Positions 8,007-14,676 of a stretch of 35,080 nt of DNA are shown piece by piece. A program made the position numbers and the translations under genes. Below the pieces are notes generated by a model that saw only the letters and a list, made by a program, of their open reading frames with translations, ran no database searches and was not told the origin of the DNA. Source of the stretch: Chitinophagales bacterium (lineage in GTDB: Bacteria; Bacteroidota; Bacteroidia; Chitinophagales; UBA2359); contig JBGCDY010000154.1 in the NCBI GenBank assembly GCA_045105835.1, forward strand, positions 1 through 35,080, written 5' to 3'. How positions within the stretch are numbered: position 1 is the first letter of the stretch; every line of letters begins with the position of its first letter.

Positions 8007-8040
8007 GGAGTACTACATTATTGATTTTAGGGATTTTATG

Positions 8041-8754
8041 TTATCGCCAATAATTAAGAAAGGAATACTTTATTTTAGAAAACTGTTTTTCAATAAATTC
8101 CCATAAAGAAATATTTCGGGGATATCCTTTTACCGAAGCATGTAATTCATTTAAAACTTCCTCTTTAGGTTTTTCCCATTGCGTTGAAAGTTCGTCAATG
8201 AGTTCATCACTAAATGTAGCCTGAACAGGTTCGCTTCCTCCAAATATGGCTTCATTTTCTTTGAAGGAACCTAATGCTTCCTCATAACTCACCTTTCCTT
8301 CTATTTTGACAATACAATCCGTTATACCTAAAAAATTTGCAGCAAAGTGTTTCGTTCCTGTTTCAATTGTAGAAAGATCAATGCGCTCATCAGGGTGCCA
8401 AATATCTATAAAACAAGGTTTTATTCCTTTATCATTTTTAGGGGCATTGTAAGGAACTTCATAAAACTCTTCAGAATCCATAGGTTCTGAAGTATAATAA
8501 AACCAGTAATGGCATTTATCGTCAGCTAAGTATTTTTCAATCGCCAGTACGAACTCTTTCTCTTTTGGGTTATTTTTCAAGTCTTCTAATGATGGTCTCA
8601 TGTGAGACTTTGTATTCAGACATCCACTACCAATACGTTCACCATCCTCATAAAAGAATTCTATATCCTCCCAAAGTGACTTATAAGATATACCATAAAT
8701 CCCCCACCATAAATCATATGAGATAGTTTTGACTATAATTGTCACCTTTTCCAT
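8041..8754 (-). CDS. hypothetical protein (237 aa, acidic, Trp/Tyr-rich)
   Basis: Long ATG-initiated ORF 18 nt downstream of the sbcD stop and 34 nt upstream of the thioesterase start. No signal peptide, transmembrane segment or recognisable motif. It is markedly AT-rich. Confidence 0.6.
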   Translation of the reverse strand: MEKVTIIVKTISYDLWWGIYGISYKSLWEDIEFFYEDGERIGSGCLNTKSHMRPSLEDLKNNPKEKEFVLAIEKYLADDKCHYWFYYTSEPMDSEEFYEVPYNAPKNDKGIKPCFIDIWHPDERIDLSTIETGTKHFAANFLGITDCIVKIEGKVSYEEALGSFKENEAIFGGSEPVQATFSDELIDELSTQWEKPKEEVLNELHASVKGYPRNISLWEFIEKQFSKIKYSFLNYWR

Positions 8755-8772
8755 TCTATAAAGTTTTTCATA

Positions 8773-9990
8773 TCAATCCTTCTCTTCCTCCATCCACTCC
8801 AACAACTCATTAAAGGTATTCACCAATTCTTTTTGCTGCTTCCCTCCTACATTGCGGCTGTCGCAACGCTTCAAAAACACCTCCATCGGCTTCAAATCAT
8901 CCAAACTCACATTCCCCATTTCTTCGTCCAAACCTTTGATACGGTGTTTGTATTCAGTGCGGGTAATCAACACCTCTGCATTTTTGTCCGCCACAAATTG
9001 TCGAACCTGATGCTCTAAATCTGCCTCAAAAGTTTCCAATTCGATTTGAACCTCCAACCAAGTCGTTGGTTTGCCTTCAAAACTATCTAAAGCCAACAAT
9101 TTTTCAGTCACTTTTTCCATGTTCCCTTTTACTCGCAGTAGTTTTCGGTAATTGGGAATGGGCAAAACACGAATACCTGATAGTTTTCCTTCATTGAAGT
9201 CTATCAAAAGAGCCTGTTTGTCGTCTTTGTATTCTGTAAAACTCAATGGGATGGGTGAACCGCAATAACGAATGTGTTCTAATTTATTGACCAGTTGCGG
9301 CTTGTGAATATGCCCCAATGCCACGTAATCAAACATTTCTGAAAACGTTTCGGCAGTTACTTTGCCTTGATTCCCTATGTGAATGTCTTTTTCGCTGTCG
9401 GAGGTCATACTGCCTGCTGCAAATAAATGCCCTGTAGCAATGATGGGCAATTTTGAAGTGTCGTATTTTGCAGCGATGTATTCGGCTATGGTATGGTAGT
9501 GGTTGAAAATACCTTTTTGGGTTCGCTCTACTCTTTCCTTATAACTTTCTCCTGCAACAGCCTTACGGATGTCTCTTTCCTGCAAAAAAGGAACAGCTGC
9601 TACTACGCCAATTACATTGTCATTCTTGTCTTTTACTTCAATCACTTCCTCTTTCAAATCCTCAGGACAACCACCAACTACATGTACTTGAAGGTACTCC
9701 AAGAGTTCTTTGGGAGCATCCAAATTGCGTGGGGAATCGTGATTGCCGCCTGTAATGATGATGTTGTTGCAGTAGCTGATTGCTTTTCGTAAGAAATTGT
9801 AATACTGTTTTCGGGCGTAGTTTGGCGGATTGTGGACATCAAATACATCTCCTGCCACCACCAAAGCATCTACTTTTTCTTCCTTCAAGGTATCCAACAA
9901 CCATTGTAGAAAATGGTCATGCTCTTCTTGTCGGTCAAAATCACACAATCGCTGCCCTAAATGCCAATCGGCGGTATGGAGAATTTTCAT
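8773..9990 (-). CDS. sbcD: exonuclease SbcCD, nuclease subunit D (Mre11-like)
   Basis: 405 aa with the calcineurin-like phosphoesterase motifs HTADWHLG, VVAGDVFD, GGNHDS, GHLF and LGHIHKPQ plus a C-terminal SbcD_C-like region. It ends in TGA. Confidence 0.9.
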   Translation of the reverse strand: MKILHTADWHLGQRLCDFDRQEEHDHFLQWLLDTLKEEKVDALVVAGDVFDVHNPPNYARKQYYNFLRKAISYCNNIIITGGNHDSPRNLDAPKELLEYLQVHVVGGCPEDLKEEVIEVKDKNDNVIGVVAAVPFLQERDIRKAVAGESYKERVERTQKGIFNHYHTIAEYIAAKYDTSKLPIIATGHLFAAGSMTSDSEKDIHIGNQGKVTAETFSEMFDYVALGHIHKPQLVNKLEHIRYCGSPIPLSFTEYKDDKQALLIDFNEGKLSGIRVLPIPNYRKLLRVKGNMEKVTEKLLALDSFEGKPTTWLEVQIELETFEADLEHQVRQFVADKNAEVLITRTEYKHRIKGLDEEMGNVSLDDLKPMEVFLKRCDSRNVGGKQQKELVNTFNELLEWMEEEKD

Positions 9991-9994
9991 GTTT

Positions 9995-10033
9995 ATTGTT
10001 AAATGGTTTTATGGTTCTATTGCTAAATTGTTG
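9995..10033. repeat. left arm of imperfect inverted repeat flanking the four-helix-bundle gene
   Basis: attgttaaatggttttatggttctattgctaaattgttg matches the reverse complement of 10462-10500 at 33 of 39 positions by hand alignment. The outer 12-mer ATTGTTAAATGG is exact. Related 12-mers occur at 10019-10030 and 10027-10038. Confidence 0.75.
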
Positions 10034-10052
10034 AATGGCTGTACTTTTGGTT

Positions 10053-10436
10053 CTATATTTTCAATTTATCATTCGTATATTTGATCAGGATGTTTATGGA
10101 TTTGGGAAGTTTTTGGAGTTCTGTTGTGATGTACTCCTTCTCTTCCTTCGTAATCAATTTTCTAATGATTGCCTTTCTTGTCCAATCCAAACTTTCTTGA
10201 AGTGAGCCTGTGCTGTAGCGATAAAATTTAATTTTATCTTTTTTATGGTAACGACCAAATCCTTCTGCAATATTTGCAGAGATAGAATCGATTGCAGTTA
10301 CATACTGCTTACCAACCGTCCATTGAGCAAATTTATCCCACCTCATCACTATTTCCCACACATAGTTGCTAAGTTTGAAAGATATCATATATGCTTCAAT
10401 CCTATCTAAACCCAAATATCGTTTGTCATTAGACAT
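10053..10436 (-). CDS. four-helix-bundle protein (23S rRNA intervening-sequence protein / Avd-like family)
   Basis: 127 aa with AYMISFKLSNYVWEIV, SISANIAEGFGRYHKKDKIKFYRYSTGSLQESLDW, the characteristic blocks of this family. Confidence 0.85.
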   Translation of the reverse strand: MSNDKRYLGLDRIEAYMISFKLSNYVWEIVMRWDKFAQWTVGKQYVTAIDSISANIAEGFGRYHKKDKIKFYRYSTGSLQESLDWTRKAIIRKLITKEEKEYITTELQKLPKSINILIKYTNDKLKI

Positions 10437-10461
10437 AAATCCAGTTAATTAACTGCCACAA

Positions 10462-10500
10462 CAACCATTTGACAATAAAACCATATAGCCATTTAACAAT
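10462..10500. repeat. right arm of imperfect inverted repeat flanking the four-helix-bundle gene
   Basis: The reverse complement attgttaaatggctatatggttttattgtcaaatggttg pairs with 9995-10033. It contains ccatttaacaat (10489-10500) and ccatttgacaat (10465-10476). Confidence 0.75.
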
Positions 10501-10506
10501 TAGAAT

Positions 10507-11895
10507 TTATTCTTCTACCTCTTCCTCCATCATTTCCTCATCAATGATTTCTTCCTCTTCTTCTTGGAGTAATTCTGTTGGAGGAGCTTGTTTGGAAATG
10601 CTGTGCTTGGCAACGATTTCACTCCAATTTGGAAGTGCATTGTAGTGCCATTTGTCCACTACGATTCCATCTTTGATTAAGACGACACCAGGATTTGCAC
10701 GAATCATCGTTTTGATAGGTACGGCATCCAAGTTATAGAACTTATAGAGATTGTCAGTGAATTTTTGGGCGTGGTCTAATATTGAAGCAGTCAAACCTAT
10801 AACGGGAACATTGTCTCCAAGGGCTTCTTTCATTACCTGATTTACCTTCACAAATCCTTTTTCCACATTTGCTTTGTCAATATTGTAGGCTCCTACAAAT
10901 ATGGTGAATCCTGGGCGGGCTAAAATAGCTTCTGCTACTTCATTGTCTCCATCATCATAAATCACAAAATCTTTGATAGTTGCGGATTTACCTTCTTCGA
11001 GCGTTACCTGTTCGGTTTTTTCATTGTCCAAAACCCATGTTTTGTCTTTCCAAATACCACTGTCAATATATTCCTGGCTCTCAACTTTTTTCACTTCGCC
11101 ACTCCCCTCTTTGACAAGTGTGTACATGGTCTGTACTTTGGGAGGAATTCCATCATTTCGTCCATCAATCAAATTGGCTCCTACTTTGTAAGCTCTGAAG
11201 TCAACGATTGGCAAGTTGTTCACATTTCGCATACTGAATAAAAGTGATGCGACACCCAGTACGCCTAAAATAATCCATGACATTTTTTTGTTGAAAACCA
11301 ATTTGATATGCCCCGATAAGAAGTACATCAAAAATATCAAGGCTGTCAAGACTACATCTTTCAAGAAGGATTCATAGGGTTTGAGCTTTACGAAATCACC
11401 AAAACAACCGCAATCGGTTACTCGCATATTAGAATCTTTGAAGCTTTCCCACTGTGCAAACTGAAAGAAGGTCGCATCTTTTGGTACATACCCTGTTAGG
11501 TAAGTGAAGCCTGTCAGTACTGTAAAAAACAGGGTGAGTCCTATATATAGCCACAAAGTGGTTTTTCGGAATGTTCCCAAAATGAGGGAAATACCCAGTA
11601 CAATCTCCAAAATTATCATGAAAATAGATAGAGGTAATGCGATTCCTATTAGGAGTTCCCACAAACCTGTGAACAAAGAAAAATGTTCTGTAAATACATT
11701 GAAGTAATCTTCTATTTTGATGGCTGTTCCTGTTGGGTCTATCGCTTTGATGATACCCGAAAAAACAAAGAATGTTCCCAAAAAACTGCGTAGATAGTGT
11801 ATCAACCAATTTTCAGGCTTGCTGAGAAGTCCTGTGATGATGGTAACACCTACTGCCAAAAGGGCAATCAATCCGATAAGTGAAAATATAGTCAT
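10507..11895 (-). CDS. MauE/DoxX-family integral membrane protein fused to a thioredoxin-like C-terminal domain with a poly-acidic tail
   Basis: 462 aa with about 5-6 transmembrane helices, a TDCGCFGDF motif (MauE/DoxX-type) and a soluble alpha/beta C-terminal half. It ends QEEEEEIIDEEMMEEEVEE. Confidence 0.65.
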   Translation of the reverse strand: MTIFSLIGLIALLAVGVTIITGLLSKPENWLIHYLRSFLGTFFVFSGIIKAIDPTGTAIKIEDYFNVFTEHFSLFTGLWELLIGIALPLSIFMIILEIVLGISLILGTFRKTTLWLYIGLTLFFTVLTGFTYLTGYVPKDATFFQFAQWESFKDSNMRVTDCGCFGDFVKLKPYESFLKDVVLTALIFLMYFLSGHIKLVFNKKMSWIILGVLGVASLLFSMRNVNNLPIVDFRAYKVGANLIDGRNDGIPPKVQTMYTLVKEGSGEVKKVESQEYIDSGIWKDKTWVLDNEKTEQVTLEEGKSATIKDFVIYDDGDNEVAEAILARPGFTIFVGAYNIDKANVEKGFVKVNQVMKEALGDNVPVIGLTASILDHAQKFTDNLYKFYNLDAVPIKTMIRANPGVVLIKDGIVVDKWHYNALPNWSEIVAKHSISKQAPPTELLQEEEEEIIDEEMMEEEVEE

Positions 11896-11923
11896 GGTAA
11901 TACGTGTTTTGATTTCTGCTACA

Positions 11924-11931
11924 CAAATATA
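11924..11931 (-). promoter_or_regulatory. candidate -7 box (TATATTTG) for the MauE/DoxX gene
   Basis: Reverse complement of caaatata. It matches TAnnTTTG about 28 nt upstream of the ATG at 11895. Confidence 0.3.
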
Positions 11932-12050
11932 GTATTAAGTCAAGAATGAAAATTAAAATGCAAGTGAAAATTGAAAAATATAAGGATTCTTGGTGACTTA
12001 TGCCCTGAAAACTCACAAACTATTTTTAACTTTCGGTTTTGCAGCATTCT

Positions 12051-12058
12051 TACTTTTG
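12051..12058 (+). promoter_or_regulatory. candidate -7 box (TACTTTTG) for folP-cdaA-recO
   Basis: Matches TAnnTTTG 53 nt upstream of the folP ATG. The nearest TTTG (12038-12041) is too close to be a canonical -33 element. Confidence 0.3.
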
Positions 12059-12110
12059 CAAATATACACTAAATAAATAAATCAACTAAATTTTTAGTTG
12101 AAGATTAAAG

Positions 12111-12974
12111 ATGAATTCAAAAAATACTTTTTTCAATACGAGCTGGCAAATCAACTGCCGAGGTAAGCTATTAGATTTGAGTACGCCAAAGGTAATGGGG
12201 GTCTTAAATGTAACACCTGATTCTTTTTATGATGGAGGAAAATATACTCAAGATATCGTCATATTGAAGCAGGCTGAAAAGATGCTACAAGATGGGGCTG
12301 CAATTATTGATGTTGGTGGCATGTCTTCAAAACCTGGGGCTTCTATTATTGAAGTGGATGTCGAATTGCTGCGGGTTGTTCCTGTTATTAAAGCCATTGT
12401 AAAAAGGTTTCCTGATGCGATTGTTTCTATTGATACCATTCGTGCAAAAGTAGCAAAGGAGGCTGTTGAAGCTGGAGCAAGTATCGTAAATGATATTTCG
12501 GCAGGTGGTTTGGATACTGATTTACTGGAGACTGTGGGTGCATTGAACGTTCCTTACATACTGATGCACATGCAGGGCAAGCCTAAAGATATGCAATTGG
12601 ATCCTTCGTATGAAAATGTGGTTCAGGATATGATTGATTTTTTCACGGATAAGCTCGAAAGCGTGAAACAGGCTGGTATTAAGGATATTGTAATCGACCC
12701 TGGATTTGGTTTTGGAAAAACGCTTTCGCAAAACTATCAAATATTACAGCAATTTGACGCTTTTCGATTATTTGACTTACCTTTATTGGCAGGAATGTCT
12801 CGCAAGTCCATGATTTGTAAACTTTTGGATGTTTCACCTTCAAGGGCACTGAATGGAACAACAGCGGCAAATATGGTTGCGCTACAAAAAGGGGCGAACA
12901 TTTTGCGGGTGCATGATGTAAAGGAGGCAATGGAGGCTGTGAAGATGGCAGAATATTTGAAAAACCCAATTTAA
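12111..12974 (+). CDS. folP: dihydropteroate synthase
   Basis: 287 aa with GVLNVTPDSFYDGG, IIDVGG.SSKPG, SIDT, NDISAG, PGFGFGKT and LRVHDV motifs. Confidence 0.95.
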   Translation: MNSKNTFFNTSWQINCRGKLLDLSTPKVMGVLNVTPDSFYDGGKYTQDIVILKQAEKMLQDGAAIIDVGGMSSKPGASIIEVDVELLRVVPVIKAIVKRFPDAIVSIDTIRAKVAKEAVEAGASIVNDISAGGLDTDLLETVGALNVPYILMHMQGKPKDMQLDPSYENVVQDMIDFFTDKLESVKQAGIKDIVIDPGFGFGKTLSQNYQILQQFDAFRLFDLPLLAGMSRKSMICKLLDVSPSRALNGTTAANMVALQKGANILRVHDVKEAMEAVKMAEYLKNPI

Positions 12975-12986
12975 TAAAAGTAGATT

Positions 12987-13790
12987 TTGACACTTTTCTT
13001 ATTCAAGATAGGATTTCTCGAAATTGGCTTTGCTGATGTATTGGATATATTGGTATTGACGATTTTGTTCTTTTTTGTATATCGTTTGCTAAAAGGAAGC
13101 CTCGCCTTCAATATTTTTGTCGGTTTGTTGGTTCTATCCTTGATTTACTTCATCGTTCAAGCATTGGAGATGAAGATGATGGAGCAAATTTTGGGTCAGT
13201 TTTTGGGTGCTGGGCTGGTTTTGCTTGTAATCATTTTCCAGCCAGAAATCCGTAGATTTTTGTTTTTTTTGGGGCGCAATACAGGGATTGGAGACCAAAA
13301 ATTTTGGAATCGCTTGATTAAAAGAAGTCGTGAAAAAAAGTCTGATAATGAATACTTGGTAAATGCCATTGCAAGGGCTTTGCAAAATATGGCTCGCACA
13401 AAAACGGGTGCATTAATGGTATTTACCGATGTTGGTGAGGAGAAATTTTTTGCAAATACGGGTGTGCCCATTCATGGTGATATTTCGAGTAAGTTGATTG
13501 AATCAATCTTTGATAAGAGTGCTCCTCTTCACGACGGAGCTATGGTGATTGCGGATGGTAAAATATTGGCTGCTGGCTGTGTTTTGCCTGTTTCGGAAAA
13601 TCCAGAACTTCCAAATCGTGTGGGAATGCGCCATCGGGCAGCGGTAGGAATTACGGAAAACATTGAAGCCCATGTTTTTATTGTATCTGAAGAAAGAGGC
13701 AAGATATCTTATGCTTATCGCAGCAATATCAAAATGAATATTTCAGGTGCAACCTTGAAGGAACTCCTCCGAAAAGCATTGGAATTGTAA
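12987..13790 (+). CDS. cdaA: diadenylate cyclase (c-di-AMP synthase), membrane-anchored CdaA type
   Basis: 267 aa with three N-terminal transmembrane helices, then a DisA_N domain (TGALMVF, APLHDGAMVI, GMRHRAAVGITE, VSEERGKIS). It has a TTG start (an in-frame TAG lies 6 nt upstream and there is no ATG alternative). It follows folP as in other Bacteroidota. Confidence 0.9.
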   Translation: MTLFLFKIGFLEIGFADVLDILVLTILFFFVYRLLKGSLAFNIFVGLLVLSLIYFIVQALEMKMMEQILGQFLGAGLVLLVIIFQPEIRRFLFFLGRNTGIGDQKFWNRLIKRSREKKSDNEYLVNAIARALQNMARTKTGALMVFTDVGEEKFFANTGVPIHGDISSKLIESIFDKSAPLHDGAMVIADGKILAAGCVLPVSENPELPNRVGMRHRAAVGITENIEAHVFIVSEERGKISYAYRSNIKMNISGATLKELLRKALEL

Positions 13791-13814
13791 GTAATTGATA
13801 AATAATGAGTTGAT

Positions 13815-14549
13815 ATGCTTCACTCTATTAAGGGGATTGTCTTAAAAACTTTTAAATATTCCGAATCCAGTGTAGTTGCTAAAATTTATACAGATCAATT
13901 TGGGATTCAATCCTATATGATTAACGGCGTTCGGACAAGTAGTAAGAGTAAACATAAGGCAGGTTTGCTTCAACCTCTTACCTTGTTGGATATGGTGGTT
14001 TATTATCGAAAGAATCGCAGTATGCAGCGCATTAAGGAGATGAAACCAACAAGAACATTTACTTCAATTCCTTTTGACATTGGTAAAAGTTCGCTTGCTT
14101 TGTTTGTGACAGAATTACTTTATTCAACTTTGAAAGAGGAAGAGGAAAACAAACGTCAGTTTGACTTTATTTCTGAGTTTGTACAAAATCTAGATGATAC
14201 TACTGAATCTATTGCCAATTTGCACCTCTATTTTTTACTACAACTCAGTGGTTTTCTTGGATTTTATCCTTTCAGCAACTACGATAAAGAGAGGCGAAAT
14301 ATTTTTGATTTACAAAACGGTTCTTTTTCTTCAAATCGTCCAATGCACCCTTATTACCTTCAAGATCCCTTGTCAAAACATCTTACCTCCTTATTAAACT
14401 CTCCGCTGGAAGAGCTTCATTTAATAAAAATCAACAAGGTATATCGCAAAGAATTATTGACTGCTTTATTACAGTTTTACACCTTGCATATTGAAGGTTT
14501 TAGACCATTGAAGTCTGTTAAGATTTTGCAAGAAGTATTTGGTTTTTGA
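13815..14549 (+). CDS. recO: DNA repair protein RecO
   Basis: 244 aa. The N-terminal OB-fold pattern is GIVLKTFKYSESSVVAKIYTDQFGIQSYMINGVR. It ends in TGA. Confidence 0.9.
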   Translation: MLHSIKGIVLKTFKYSESSVVAKIYTDQFGIQSYMINGVRTSSKSKHKAGLLQPLTLLDMVVYYRKNRSMQRIKEMKPTRTFTSIPFDIGKSSLALFVTELLYSTLKEEEENKRQFDFISEFVQNLDDTTESIANLHLYFLLQLSGFLGFYPFSNYDKERRNIFDLQNGSFSSNRPMHPYYLQDPLSKHLTSLLNSPLEELHLIKINKVYRKELLTALLQFYTLHIEGFRPLKSVKILQEVFGF

Positions 14550-14602
14550 GGCAAATTATTTCTCAGCACTCAAGAGGGAACTGATAACCAATTATTTAAA
14601 GC

Positions 14603-14641
14603 AAAAAACCCAAGTTCAAACTTATTGAACTTGGGTTTTTG
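14603..14641. terminator. bidirectional rho-independent terminator between convergent recO and infB
   Basis: 11-bp stem cccaagttcaa (14609-14619) / ttgaacttggg (14625-14635), flanked by A6 and T5. Confidence 0.8.
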
Positions 14642-14676
14642 TTTAGCTTATAAAGCTGAAATATGAATCGTTTCTG

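Larger units (their letters stand above)
9995..10500 (-). mobile_element. candidate 506-bp inverted-repeat-bounded cassette carrying the four-helix-bundle gene
   Basis: The inverted-repeat arms begin 5 nt from the sbcD start codon and end 7 nt from the upstream gene's stop, so the cassette fills the whole intergenic gap. Mobility or processing is inferred only. Confidence 0.3.

Noticed and set aside
10053-10436. The Avd-like four-helix-bundle gene as part of a diversity-generating retroelement
   Set aside because: There is no reverse transcriptase gene, no template/variable repeat pair and no target gene with a C-type-lectin fold anywhere in the window. The gene stands alone.
11429-12016. 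Minus-strand ORFs 11429-11809 and 11813-12016 and plus ORF 11504-11707
   Set aside because: The first and third lie out of frame or antisense within the MauE/DoxX gene. The second spans the promoter region and overlaps the real start, and none has a plausible composition.
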